Positions 36,227 to 46,011 of a stretch of 64,000 nucleotides of DNA are shown here, piece by piece (positions within the stretch are counted from its first letter, which is position 1; each line of letters starts with the position of its first letter). The position numbers and the translations under genes were made by a program. Origin of the DNA: an uncultured Actinomycetes bacterium (lineage in GTDB: Bacteria > Actinomycetota > Thermoleophilia > Solirubrobacterales > 70-9); assembly GCA_963785175.1 (NCBI GenBank), contig CAWAUA010000002.1:43443-107442 (forward strand). The letters are read 5' to 3'. The notes beneath the pieces are model-generated. The model did not search any database, was not told where the DNA came from, and saw nothing but the letters and a program-made list of their open reading frames with translations.

Positions 36227-37732
36227 CTACCTCCACCCGCCGCCGCCCGGAGTTTCGAGCCTCAGACGGTCGCCGGGAGCCAGATCCCCGGCCGCCTTGC
36301 CGGGCAGTGGCGATCCGTTCAGGAGGTTGACCCCGGTGGCCCCGTCTTCGCCTTCGCCGGCGCCGCGTGGGCGGTGGCGGCGGCGCTCGGTGATCAGGCT
36401 GAAGCGCATCGGCGCCAGCGCTTCGATCTCGCGGACAATCCCGTCGCCGCCGCGGTGGGTGCCCGCGCCGCCGCTGCCGGCGCGCAGCGCGAGCTGCCGG
36501 ACCCGCAGTGGGAATTCGGTCTCCAGCGCCTCGGTCGGGGTGTTGAGGGTGTTCGACATCGCGACGTGGATCGCGCTGGGGCCGTCGGCGTCGGAGCAGG
36601 CACCCTGGCCGCCGCCGAGCGTCTCGTAGTAGGTGAAGCCCTCGCCCGCGAGGGTCAGGTTGTTCATCGTCCCCTGGCCCTGCGCCGGGCCCGGCCGCGC
36701 CTGCGAGAGGGCGGCGAGGACGAGGTCGGCGACGCGGCTCGAGGTCTCGACGTTGCCGGCGGCGACCGCGGCGGGGTAGCGGGCGTTGAGGAGCGAGCCG
36801 GCAGGGGCGATGACCTCGATCGGCCGGTGGGCGCCGGCTGAAGGCGGGGCGTCGGGGTCGGTGAGGACGCGGACGGCGAAGAAGGCTGCCGATTTCGTCA
36901 CCGAGAGGGGGCAGTTGAGGTTGCCGTCGACCTGCTCCTCGCTGCCGCTGAAATCGAGGCGCAGCGTGTCGCCGGCGACCCTCGCCTCCAGCCGCAGGTG
37001 CAGGTCGCGCTCGGAGCCGTTCCAGTCGGCCTCGAGCACGTCCTCGGCGCGGTAGCTGCCGTCGGGGAGATCGGCGAGGGCGGCGCGGGTGCGGCGCTCG
37101 GTGTAGGCGAGGATCTCGCTCATCCCGGCGCGCAGCGCCTCCGTCCCCAGGCGCTTGCGCAGCTCCTCGAGGCGGTGGGTGCCGACCCGGTTCGCCGCCT
37201 GCTGCGCGCGCAGGTCGGCGAGCCGCTGGCGCGGCGAGCGCATTTGTGCCGCGAGCCGCTCGAGCGTTTCGGGAGTGGCGACGGTCGGCGGGATCACCAC
37301 GCCCTCTTCCTCCAGCGTGCGCGAGAATGCAGGCATCGACCCCGGCGTCGGGCCGCCGACGTCGGCGTGGTGGGCGCGGGCGGCGGCGAAGCCGAGCAGC
37401 TCGTCGGCGGCGAAGACGGGAGAGACGAGGGTGATGTCCGGCAGGTGGGTGCCGCCGCGGTAGGGGTCGTTGAGGATCCAGTCGCGGCCGGGCCGCTGCT
37501 CCTCGCCGATCACGGCGGCGACCGCGTCGGGCATCGAGCCGAGGTGGACCGGGATGTGCTCGGCCTGCATCACCAGCTCGCCGGCGGCATCGAAGAGCGC
37601 GGTCGAGCAGTCGTGACGCTCCTTGATGTTGGCCGAGTAGGCGGAGCGGATCAGCGTCGCCCCCATCTCATCGCAGGCGGCGCGCAGCCCGCCGACTAGG
37701 ACCTGGAGCGCGATCGGATCGAGTCCACTCAT
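36227..37732 (-). CDS. hydantoinase B/oxoprolinase family protein
   Basis: Start at ATG 37732 overlaps the hyuA stop (ATGA). [13 protein letters not shown] and [12 protein letters not shown] are HyuB signatures. Confidence 0.88.
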   Translation of the reverse strand: MSGLDPIALQVLVGGLRAACDEMGATLIRSAYSANIKERHDCSTALFDAAGELVMQAEHIPVHLGSMPDAVAAVIGEEQRPGRDWILNDPYRGGTHLPDITLVSPVFAADELLGFAAARAHHADVGGPTPGSMPAFSRTLEEEGVVIPPTVATPETLERLAAQMRSPRQRLADLRAQQAANRVGTHRLEELRKRLGTEALRAGMSEILAYTERRTRAALADLPDGSYRAEDVLEADWNGSERDLHLRLEARVAGDTLRLDFSGSEEQVDGNLNCPLSVTKSAAFFAVRVLTDPDAPPSAGAHRPIEVIAPAGSLLNARYPAAVAAGNVETSSRVADLVLAALSQARPGPAQGQGTMNNLTLAGEGFTYYETLGGGQGACSDADGPSAIHVAMSNTLNTPTEALETEFPLRVRQLALRAGSGGAGTHRGGDGIVREIEALAPMRFSLITERRRHRPRGAGEGEDGATGVNLLNGSPLPGKAAGDLAPGDRLRLETPGGGGWR

Positions 37733-39738
37733 TCGTCTGCTCCTTTTCGTTGCCGTGGACCGGAAAGGAACAGGGCAATGATGGTGCCGTGGTCGTCTAC
37801 CCGCGTTTGCCAGCCGGGCGGGACGACGAAGGTCGCCTCCGGGAGCTCGAAGACGACCGGCCCGTCGGACTCGCTGCCGGCGGCGGGCTCGCCACGGAGA
37901 ACCGGCGTCTCGACCCACTCGCCGTCGAAGTAGACGCGCCGCGAGCTGCGCTCGAGGGCTTCCTCGCCGGCCGCGACCGGCCGCGGTGCCGGGCCGGGAA
38001 CGACCAGCGCTAGGTCGATGTCGACGAGAACGACTTCGCCATCGGGGTCGCGGTGGCCGTAGCGCTCTTCGTGGGCGCGTTCGAATCCGCTCGCCAGGTC
38101 GGCCGGATCGGGATCGATTGGTCCCGGCACCGGCAGCTCGAAGGCCTGGCCGGCGTAGCGGAGCTTGTAGGTCACCTGCGCCTCGGCCTCTTCGAGCCCG
38201 GCGCCGATCTCCTCGATCATCGCCGCGACTTCGGCCGCGATCCGTTCGGCGCTGAGATCCGTACCGCTCAGCATCACCGTCCGCGCCGTGTCGCGGCGGC
38301 GCTCGGAGGCGCAGAGGCCGAGGGCGGAGAGGACGCCGCCGGCGCGGGGGCAGAGGATCGTCTCGATTCCCAGCTCGGCGGCGATCGCCGCCGCGTGCAT
38401 CGGGCCGGCGCCGCCGAAGGGGAGCAGCGCGAAGCGGCGCGGGTCGACGCCGCGCTCGACGGTGACCACCCGCAGCGCTCGCACCATCTCCTGGTTGGCG
38501 ACGCGGAGGATCCCGGCGGCGGTCTCGAGCGGGTCGAGGCCGAGGGAGCGGGCCAGCTTGCCGATCGCCCGCTCGGCGGCCTCGGCGTCGAGGCCGACCC
38601 CGCCGGCAAGCTGCGAGTCGCCGGCGAGGTGGCCGAGCAGGAGGTTGGCGTCGGTGACCGTCGGCTCGTTGCCGCCGCGGCCGTAACAGGCCGCTCCGGG
38701 ATCGGCGCCGGCCGACTGCGGCCCGACCCGCAGCGCCCCGCCGGCGTCGCGCCAGCCGATCGAGCCGCCGCCGGCACCCACCGTGTGGACGTCGACCATC
38801 GGCAGCTGGATCGGGCGGCCGCCGATCTCGCGTGAGTCGGTGCGCCGCACCTGACCGCCCTCGACGACGCAGACGTCGCAGGAGGTGCCTCCCATGTCGA
38901 AGCCGAGCGCGTCGCCGTCGCCGCTCAGCTCGGCGAGGAGGCCAGCGCCGACCGCGCCCCCGGCCGGGCCGGAGAGGACACTCCAGGCGCCCGCCCGCGC
39001 CGCCTCCTCGGCCGGGGCGACGCCGCCGGAGGAGCGCATCACCAGCGGCTGCGGCAGTCCGGCCGCCGTCGATGCCTCGCCGAGCTCGCCCAGATAGCGG
39101 CCGAGCAGCGGGCTGAGGTAGGCGTCGATCACCGTCGTCGAGCAGCGCTCGTACTCGCGGAAGCGGGGCAGGACCTCGTGCGAGGCGGAGACGTGGACGT
39201 TCGGGAGCCGGCGACGCAGGTGTTCGGCGAGTCGCTGCTCGTGGTTCGGGTCGAGGTAGGAGAAGAGCAGACAGATCGCAACCGCTTCGGCGCCACTCGC
39301 CTCGATTGCCGCGGCGAGCCGCTCGGGCTCGGCGTCTTCGAGCGGTTCGACGACTCCCTCCGGGCCGACCCGCTCGCGCGCCTCGAAGCGCAGCTCCCGC
39401 TCGACCAGCGGCGCCGGCTTCGGAGCGCAGAGGCGGTAGAGCTGCGGTCGGTCCTGGCGGCCGATCTCGAGCAGGTCGCCGAAGCCGCGGGTGGCGATCA
39501 GCGCCGTCCGCGCCCCGCTTTCCTCGAGCAGGGCGTTGGTGCCGACCGTCATCCCGTGGGCGAAGGCCTCGACCTCGGCGGCAGCGGCGCCGGCGCGCTC
39601 CAGCACTGCCGCGACCGCCTGCATCACCCCGGCCGACTCTTCGCGCGGCGTCGTCGGCACCTTGGCGGTGTGGACGTCACCGCCGTCGAGCAGAACCGCG
39701 TCGGTGAAGGTCCCGCCGACGTCTACGCCGAGCAACAT
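37729..39738 (-). CDS. hydantoinase A/oxoprolinase family protein
   Basis: MLLGVDVGGTFTDAVL N-terminus, length 669 aa and GFDMGGTSCDV. Confidence 0.9.
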   Translation of the reverse strand: MLLGVDVGGTFTDAVLLDGGDVHTAKVPTTPREESAGVMQAVAAVLERAGAAAAEVEAFAHGMTVGTNALLEESGARTALIATRGFGDLLEIGRQDRPQLYRLCAPKPAPLVERELRFEARERVGPEGVVEPLEDAEPERLAAAIEASGAEAVAICLLFSYLDPNHEQRLAEHLRRRLPNVHVSASHEVLPRFREYERCSTTVIDAYLSPLLGRYLGELGEASTAAGLPQPLVMRSSGGVAPAEEAARAGAWSVLSGPAGGAVGAGLLAELSGDGDALGFDMGGTSCDVCVVEGGQVRRTDSREIGGRPIQLPMVDVHTVGAGGGSIGWRDAGGALRVGPQSAGADPGAACYGRGGNEPTVTDANLLLGHLAGDSQLAGGVGLDAEAAERAIGKLARSLGLDPLETAAGILRVANQEMVRALRVVTVERGVDPRRFALLPFGGAGPMHAAAIAAELGIETILCPRAGGVLSALGLCASERRRDTARTVMLSGTDLSAERIAAEVAAMIEEIGAGLEEAEAQVTYKLRYAGQAFELPVPGPIDPDPADLASGFERAHEERYGHRDPDGEVVLVDIDLALVVPGPAPRPVAAGEEALERSSRRVYFDGEWVETPVLRGEPAAGSESDGPVVFELPEATFVVPPGWQTRVDDHGTIIALFLSGPRQRKGADE

Positions 39739-39748
39739 GTGCTCGACG

Positions 39749-41194
39749 CTACCGCCACTCCTCTTGACGGACGTTTCCGTCGGCAGAGACGACGAAATGA
39801 ATCCCGTCCAAGGCCGGATCGGTCTCGGGGCAGTCGCGGCGCAGGTGGCCGCCGCGGGACTCGCGGCGGGCGAGGGCGCTGGCGCCGATCGCCCGGGCCA
39901 GCGGATAGGGGTTGGAGATCAGCCGGGCGAGGTCGTCGGGGTTGCGGGTCGGGCCGGCGTAGCGCCAGACCGAGTCGCGGGTCTCGTCAGTGGGCGGCTC
40001 GAAGCGCCGCGCCGGCGGTGCCGGACGCGGACCACCCGCCTCCTCCGCGATCGCCGCCGAGGCGGCCCGCTCGCCGAAGACGAAGCACTCGCTGAGCGAG
40101 TTGGAGGCGAGCCGGTTGGCCCCGTGCAGCCCCGTGCAGGAGCACTCGCCGACGGCGTAGAGGCCGGGCAGGGAGGAGCGGCAATCGACGTCCACCGCGA
40201 CGCCGCCCATCGTGTAGTGGGCGGCGGGGGCGACGGGCACCGGTTCGGCCCGCGGGTCGAGCCCGGCTTTGGCCAGCGAGGCGAAGACGTTGGGGAAGCG
40301 GGCCGGGTCGATCTCGCGCAGGTCGAGGCCGACCGCGGTCGATCCCTCGCTGCGCATCTGTTCGAGGATCGCCGCCGTGACTTCGTCGCGCGGCGCCAGC
40401 TCCTCGGTGAAGCGCTCGCCGTCGGCGCCAAGCAGCTTCGCGCCCTCGCCGCGGATCGCCTCGGTGATCAGGTCGCCGTCGTGCGGCATCCCCGGCAGCG
40501 CCAGCGCGGTCGGGTGGAACTGGCAGAACTCGAGGTCGGCGAGCTCGGCGCCGGCCAGCGAGGCGAGCACCGGGCCGGCGCCGATCGCGCCGCGCGGGTT
40601 GGTCGTCCGCCGCCACAGCGCCGCGGCGCCGCCGGTCGCGAGGATCGTCGCCGGCGCCGCGACCGTTCCCTCGCTGGTGATCACCCCATGGCAGCGCTCG
40701 CCGTCGCTCCACAGCGCCAGCGCCGAGGTCCGCTCCAGCACCTCGATCCGGTCCTCGGCGGCGACCATCGCCGCCAGCTTCGAGGTCAGCTCGTAGCCGG
40801 TCTGGCTGCCGCCGGCGTGGACGATGCGGCGGTGGGCGTGGCCGCCCTCGAGCCCGAGCGTCAGCCGTCCCTCCTGGTCGAGGTCGAAGACGACGCCGCG
40901 GTCGATCAGCTCGCGGACCATCGCCGGCGCCTCCTCGACCAGTACCCGGACCGCCTCGGTGCGGCAGAGGCCGCGGCCGGCGGCGATCGTGTCGGCGGCG
41001 TGCAGGTCGGGCGAGTCCGCGGGTTCCAGCGCCGCCGCCAAGCCGCCCTGGGCCCAGTAGCTGGCGCTCTGGGAGAGCGGCGTGCGCGATACGAGGACGG
41101 TGCTCGCCCCCAGCTCGGCGGCCCGCAGCGCGCTCCAGAGACCGGCGGCGCCGCCGCCGACGACGGCGACGTCGAACTCACCGACTGCGGCTAT
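39749..41194 (-). CDS. nadB: L-aspartate oxidase, start codon non-canonical or disrupted
   Basis: FAD loop FDVAVVGGGAAGL (from 41176), HYTMGG and RLASNSL. The first canonical in-frame start is TTG 41041, downstream of the FAD loop. ATA 41194 overlaps the upstream TAG stop. Confidence 0.8.
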   Translation of the reverse strand: MAAVGEFDVAVVGGGAAGLWSALRAAELGASTVLVSRTPLSQSASYWAQGGLAAALEPADSPDLHAADTIAAGRGLCRTEAVRVLVEEAPAMVRELIDRGVVFDLDQEGRLTLGLEGGHAHRRIVHAGGSQTGYELTSKLAAMVAAEDRIEVLERTSALALWSDGERCHGVITSEGTVAAPATILATGGAAALWRRTTNPRGAIGAGPVLASLAGAELADLEFCQFHPTALALPGMPHDGDLITEAIRGEGAKLLGADGERFTEELAPRDEVTAAILEQMRSEGSTAVGLDLREIDPARFPNVFASLAKAGLDPRAEPVPVAPAAHYTMGGVAVDVDCRSSLPGLYAVGECSCTGLHGANRLASNSLSECFVFGERAASAAIAEEAGGPRPAPPARRFEPPTDETRDSVWRYAGPTRNPDDLARLISNPYPLARAIGASALARRESRGGHLRRDCPETDPALDGIHFVVSADGNVRQEEWR

Positions 41195-41562
41195 CGGCCT
41201 TCAGCCTCTCGCCTGATCGAGTCGAGTTGCGACTGCAGCCAGCGCGCCGCGCTCTCGCGGGCGCGGGCCAGCTCGTCGGCGACCGATTCCTCGGCAGCGG
41301 CGGCCCGCTGCTCGGCGGCCTCGACGCGCTTCTCGGCCTCCTCGACCTGGGACTCGATCTCGCCCAGCCGCTCCTCGGCACCCGTCAGCGCCTGCTCCTT
41401 CTCCTTGCGCTCGCGCTCGAGGTCGGCTTCCAGCGCCTGGACCTCTTCTTCGGCCCGCTTCTCGGCCTCCGCGGCCAGCCTTGCGGCCTCCTCCAGCCGC
41501 TGCTCGGCCTCGCGGATCTGGCTCTCAACGCCCTCGCCGGTCGCACCCGTTTCAGCGTTCAC
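41191..41562 (-). CDS. coiled-coil protein, unknown function
   Basis: GTG 41562. Charged heptad-like AEQRLEEAARLAAEAEKRAEEEVQALEADLERERKEKEQ. Confidence 0.45.
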   Translation of the reverse strand: MNAETGATGEGVESQIREAEQRLEEAARLAAEAEKRAEEEVQALEADLERERKEKEQALTGAEERLGEIESQVEEAEKRVEAAEQRAAAAEESVADELARARESAARWLQSQLDSIRREAEGR

Positions 41563-41567
41563 GTGAC

Positions 41568-42530
41568 TCAATCTATTACCGCCCCGGCGCCCGCGTCTTC
41601 CAACACCGCGCGATAGGCCACGATTACCCGCTCCGCCATCCCGGCGGCTGAGAGGGTCGCCGCGCGGGAGGCGCCGGCGACGCGCGGGTCCTCTGCCTGC
41701 AGGTGGCGCCGCGCGACCGTCGCCCAGGCAGCGGCGTCGAAGGGCGCGCAGAGGCAGCCCTCGATCCCGCCTAGGGCGTAGGGGGCGATGCCGACGTTGG
41801 TCGAGAGGACGGGGACGTCGCAGGCGAGTGCCTCGACCGTCGCCATCCCGAAGCCCTCGTAATCGGAGGTCACGAGCACGGCGTTGGCGGCGTTGATCCA
41901 AAGTGGCATCTGCTCCGGGTCGATCGAGCCGCCGGTGAGCAGGTCGGCTCCGCAGGCGGCTGCCACCTCGGCGGCGCGGTCATGGCGCTTCTCGGGCCGG
42001 TTCGGGTTGGCGGGGAAGAAGAGGTAGGAGCGGTCGGGGTCGAGCCCAAGCTCGCGCCGCGCCTGCGCCCGGGGCATCGCCTCGAAGCGCCGTAGATCGG
42101 GGCCGCAGGGGAGCACCGCCGAGCCCGGCACCGCGGGCAGTCCCGGCCGCCCGTCCTCGGGCTCGAACAGCGCCCGCGAGACCCCGGCGACCAGGTCGAC
42201 ACGCCAGGCCAGCCGCCGCGAGAGGGGGCCGACGATGTGGTGGCGGACGTCGGTGCCGTGGAAGGTGACGATCAGGGGATCGGCGCCGGCGAGCTGCGCC
42301 ACCCAGCCGGCGAGCCCGTAGTGGGCGTGGACGAGGTCGAAGCGCTCGCGCCGCAGCAGCGAGCGCAGGCGCCGGGTCGCCGGGATGTACTCGTTGCGAC
42401 CGCGGGCGAATTCGAAGACGTCGACATCGATGCCGTGCCGGCGGATCTCGTCGACCTGGTCGCGGACCCAGCGCCCGCGCTGCGGGGCCGAGGGGTCGGG
42501 CATAAAGTTGGTGACGACGAGGACCCGCAC
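41568..42530 (-). CDS. glycosyltransferase family 1 (GT4-type)
   Basis: GTG 42530 (VRVLVVTNF). The C-terminal EGFGMATVEALACDVPV is the GT1 E-x7-E region. Confidence 0.8.
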   Translation of the reverse strand: MRVLVVTNFMPDPSAPQRGRWVRDQVDEIRRHGIDVDVFEFARGRNEYIPATRRLRSLLRRERFDLVHAHYGLAGWVAQLAGADPLIVTFHGTDVRHHIVGPLSRRLAWRVDLVAGVSRALFEPEDGRPGLPAVPGSAVLPCGPDLRRFEAMPRAQARRELGLDPDRSYLFFPANPNRPEKRHDRAAEVAAACGADLLTGGSIDPEQMPLWINAANAVLVTSDYEGFGMATVEALACDVPVLSTNVGIAPYALGGIEGCLCAPFDAAAWATVARRHLQAEDPRVAGASRAATLSAAGMAERVIVAYRAVLEDAGAGAVID

Positions 42531-42535
42531 CGGCG

Positions 42536-43651
42536 TCAGGGTAACCGCGGCGGAGGTAGCCGATAGGTGGCCGGCGTCTTCGAGAGCTTGATCGGGTTGC
42601 GGGGGAGGCGGACCGGCGGGCCATCCTCGCCGGGGATCTCGACGATCGGGTCGAGGCCGATCTGGGCGGCGAACTCGAAGGCGGCGCCGACGTCGTTGAC
42701 CTCGCCCGCAGGTACCCGCTGCGCCCGCAGCAGCTCGACCCACTCCGCTGCCGTCTTGCCCGCGAATGCCTCCTCGAGCAGCGCCCGCAGCTCGTCGCGG
42801 TGCTCGACCCGCGCCGGGTTGGTCGCGAAGCGCGCGTCGTCGGCGAGGGTGTCGTCCCCGAGCACCGCGCAGAGGGCAATGAACTGGCGGTCGTTGCCGA
42901 CTGCGAGGACGATCTCACCCTCACCGCAGCGCAGCAGTTCGTAGGGGGCGATGCTGGGGTGGCGGTTGCCCATCCGGCCGGGCACAACCCCGGCGACGGT
43001 GTAGGCGGAGCTCTGGTTGACGAGCGCGGCCAGCAGCGTCGAGAGCAGGTCGACCTCGACCAGCTGTCCCTCGCCGCTCTCGCGGCGATGCTCGAGCGCG
43101 GCGAGGATTCCGACCGCCGCGTAGAGGCCGGCGATCACGTCGACGAGGGCGACCCCGACCTTCAGCGGCTCGCCGTCGGGCTCGCCGGTGACGCTCATCA
43201 GGCCGCCCAGGGCCTGGACCAGGAGGTCGTATCCCGGCAGCTCGGCGCCGGCGCCGCTGCCGCCGAAGCCGGTGATCGAACAGAAGACGAGCCGCGGGTT
43301 CTCCCGCACCAGCTCCTCGTAGCCGAGGCCGAGCTCCGCCATCAGCCCGGGGCGGAAGTTCTCGACGACGACGTCGGCAGCGAGGGCGAGGCGGCGGGCC
43401 TCGGCCAGGTCCTCGGGGCCGCGGAGGTCGAGGGCGACGCTGCGCTTGTTGCGGTTGACCGCCTGGAAGTAGGTCGCCTCGCCGGCGGCGTCGTGGGGCG
43501 GCCCCCAGGAGCGGGTGTCGTCGCCGCTCCCCGGCCGCTCGACCTTGGTCACCTCGGCGCCGAGGTCGGCCAGGGTCATCGTCGCCAGCGGGCCGGCGAG
43601 GACGCGCGAGAAGTCGAGGATCCGCAATCGCCCTAGCGCCGAGTCGGCCAT
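42536..43651 (-). CDS. CaiB/BaiF family III CoA-transferase
   Basis: LRILDFSRVLAGPLATMTLADLGAEVTKVERP N-terminus is typical of family III CoA transferases. Confidence 0.88.
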   Translation of the reverse strand: MADSALGRLRILDFSRVLAGPLATMTLADLGAEVTKVERPGSGDDTRSWGPPHDAAGEATYFQAVNRNKRSVALDLRGPEDLAEARRLALAADVVVENFRPGLMAELGLGYEELVRENPRLVFCSITGFGGSGAGAELPGYDLLVQALGGLMSVTGEPDGEPLKVGVALVDVIAGLYAAVGILAALEHRRESGEGQLVEVDLLSTLLAALVNQSSAYTVAGVVPGRMGNRHPSIAPYELLRCGEGEIVLAVGNDRQFIALCAVLGDDTLADDARFATNPARVEHRDELRALLEEAFAGKTAAEWVELLRAQRVPAGEVNDVGAAFEFAAQIGLDPIVEIPGEDGPPVRLPRNPIKLSKTPATYRLPPPRLP

Positions 43652-43695
43652 TAGGTCACGATCCTAGGGACCCGCCACCGACGCCAAGGACGCTC

Positions 43696-44886
43696 ATGTC
43701 ATCGACCACTACCGCCGCGCCGCCGATCCGCCCCAGCGACTACCTCGCCCTCGACGCTCTGCTTTCGGACGAGGAGCGCGACATCCGCGACACGGTCCGC
43801 GCCTTCGTCCGCGACAAGGTGGTGCCGAACGTCGGTGACTGGTTCGAGCAGGCGACGGTTCCGCTCGACGAGCTGGCGCCGGAACTGGGCAAGCTCGGCG
43901 TCCTCGGGATGCACCTCGAGGGCTACGGGTGCGCCGGCGCCTCGGCGACCGGCTACGGGCTCGCCTGCATGGAGCTGGAGGCGGGTGACAGCGGCATCCG
44001 CAGCCTCGTCTCGGTCCAGGGCTCGCTGGCGATGTACGCGATCTGGCGCTGGGGCTCGGAGGAGCAGAAGCAGGAGTGGCTGCCGCGGATGGCTGCCGGC
44101 GAGGCGCTCGGCTGCTTCGGCCTGACCGAGCCCGACGCCGGCTCGGACCCCGGCTCGATGCGGACGCGGGCGCGGCGCGACGGCAGCGATTGGATCCTGC
44201 ACGGGCAGAAGATGTGGATAACCAACGGCTCGGCCTCCGAGGTGGCGGTCGTCTGGGCGCATACCGACGAGGGGGTCCGCGGCTTCCTGGTTCCGAAAGG
44301 GACCAAGGGGTTCACCACCCAGGACATCCACAAGAAGCTCTCCTTGCGGGCCTCGGTCACCTCGGAGCTGCTGCTCGACGACGTGCGGCTGCCGGCCGAC
44401 GCGGTGCTGCCGGAGGTGAGCTCGCTGAAAGGTCCGCTCTCCTGCCTCAACGAGGCCCGCTACGGGATCGTCTGGGGGGCAGCCGGGGCAGGGCGCTCTT
44501 GCTACGAAGCGGCGCTGGAGTACGCGCTCGAGCGGACGCAGTTCGACCGCCCGATCGCCTCCTTCCAGATCCAGCAGCAGAAGCTGGCCGAGATGGTGCT
44601 GGAGGTGAACCGGGCGACGCTGGTGGCGATGCACCTGGGGCGGATGAAGGACGCCGGCATGCTGCGGCCCGAGCACGTCAGCCTCGGTAAGCTCGGCAAC
44701 GTCAACGGGGCGCTGGAGGTGGCGCGCAGCGCCCGCCAGGTGCTCGGCGCCAACGGGGTCACGCTCGAGTATCCGGTGATCCGCCACATGAACAACCTCG
44801 AGTCGGTGGTCACCTACGAGGGGACCGCCGACGTCCACGCGCTGGTGATCGGCGGTGCGGTGACGGGGATCCAGGCGTTTCGTTAG
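43696..44886 (+). CDS. acyl-CoA dehydrogenase, glutaryl-CoA dehydrogenase-like
   Basis: GCFGLTEPDAGSDP and QKMWITNG. The C-terminal TYEGTADVHALV matches the GCDH subgroup. Confidence 0.85.
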   Translation: MSSTTTAAPPIRPSDYLALDALLSDEERDIRDTVRAFVRDKVVPNVGDWFEQATVPLDELAPELGKLGVLGMHLEGYGCAGASATGYGLACMELEAGDSGIRSLVSVQGSLAMYAIWRWGSEEQKQEWLPRMAAGEALGCFGLTEPDAGSDPGSMRTRARRDGSDWILHGQKMWITNGSASEVAVVWAHTDEGVRGFLVPKGTKGFTTQDIHKKLSLRASVTSELLLDDVRLPADAVLPEVSSLKGPLSCLNEARYGIVWGAAGAGRSCYEAALEYALERTQFDRPIASFQIQQQKLAEMVLEVNRATLVAMHLGRMKDAGMLRPEHVSLGKLGNVNGALEVARSARQVLGANGVTLEYPVIRHMNNLESVVTYEGTADVHALVIGGAVTGIQAFR

Positions 44887-44966
44887 CGGCCGCGTTTCTC
44901 CCCAACGGGTCTTGGGTATTTGACCGTTCGGCGATAAGCGAACGGCACCCGAGGTGGGAGGAAGAG

Positions 44967-45599
44967 ATGGGGGAGACCGGCAGTCCGTCGTTGGTCTTGG
45001 TCGAGCAGCACGAGGTTCTGCGGGACGGTCTCGCGGTGCTGCTCGAGCAGCGTGGGTTCGAGGTGCGCGGCTGTGCGACAACGGCGGCGAGTGGCGAGGA
45101 GGTGATCGCCGAGCGCCATCCCGATGTCGCTGTGGTCGGCGTCGACCTGCCCGACGAGCGCGGCACCGAGCTGGTGCGGCGGATGAGCGATCACCCGCCC
45201 TGCCCGAAGTTCCTCATCTACACCGGCCTCGAAGACCCCGACCTGCTGGAGGCCGCCTACCGCAGCGGTGCCCGCGGCCTCGTCGCCAAGCCGGCGACGT
45301 TCGAGGAACTCGTCGACGCCCTCCAGGAGGTCGGGCGCGGTGGCCGCTACTTCGACCGCAGCTTCGTCCAAGAGGACGGCGACGGAGCATCGGAGGAGAA
45401 GGCATTGAGCCGGCGAGAGGCCGAGGTCCTCACCTTCCTCGCCGAAGGGATGACCGGAGAGCAGATCGCCCGCCGCCTCGTCCTCTCGCCGGAGACCGTC
45501 CGCACCCACGTCCGCAACGCGATGGAACGTCTCGACGCCCGGACCCGGACCGAGGCCGTAGTCAAGGCCCTCGACCGCGGCGAGATCCAGAGGAGCTGA
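44967..45599 (+). CDS. LuxR-family response regulator with atypical acidic pocket
   Basis: Receiver reads LVLVEQHE where DD is usual. The phosphoacceptor-like region is VVGVDLPD. C-terminal LuxR HTH (LSRREAEVLTFLAEGMTGEQIA). No kinase is adjacent. Confidence 0.8.
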   Translation: MGETGSPSLVLVEQHEVLRDGLAVLLEQRGFEVRGCATTAASGEEVIAERHPDVAVVGVDLPDERGTELVRRMSDHPPCPKFLIYTGLEDPDLLEAAYRSGARGLVAKPATFEELVDALQEVGRGGRYFDRSFVQEDGDGASEEKALSRREAEVLTFLAEGMTGEQIARRLVLSPETVRTHVRNAMERLDARTRTEAVVKALDRGEIQRS

Positions 45600-45706
45600 A
45601 GTCACGAAGCCGTCGCGGAGACGCGCGGCAGTTGGCGCTCCCGCGTCTTGTTCCGTGCGCCCGACCGTCTGAGCATCCCGTCTCCTACTAACGAAGGGAG
45701 GCAACG

Positions 45707-45952
45707 ATGGTCTACGCGCTGATGGGTTTCTTCCACGCCAGGGTGTCGCGGCGGGTCTGGGAGATCCGGCGGCTGGCGGGGGAGACGGGGCAGGGGACGG
45801 TCGAGTACGTCGGCTTGATCCTGCTCGTCTCGCTGCTGATGGTCGGGATGGTCGCGGCGATGAAAGGTTTCAACGGCAAACAGGGAACCGAGCTCGCCGA
45901 CGTGATCGTCAACAAGATCAAGGAGGCGGTCGACAAGGTCGCCTTCAAATAG
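45707..45952 (+). CDS. Flp/Fap-type (type IVb, Tad) prepilin-like protein
   Basis: GQGTVEYVGLILLVSLLMVG matches the Flp G/xxxxEY processing motif followed by a hydrophobic helix. Confidence 0.6.
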   Translation: MVYALMGFFHARVSRRVWEIRRLAGETGQGTVEYVGLILLVSLLMVGMVAAMKGFNGKQGTELADVIVNKIKEAVDKVAFK

Positions 45953-45958
45953 GACCCG

Positions 45959-45995
45959 TGGCGCTTTTGTCTCCCATGAGGGGACAAAAGCGCCA
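45959..45995 (+). terminator. hairpin terminator after the flp-like gene
   Basis: TGGCGCTTTTGTC (45959-45971) pairs with GACAAAAGCGCCA (45983-45995). Confidence 0.6.
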
Positions 45996-46011
45996 TTCCC
46001 ATTCGTCGCTC

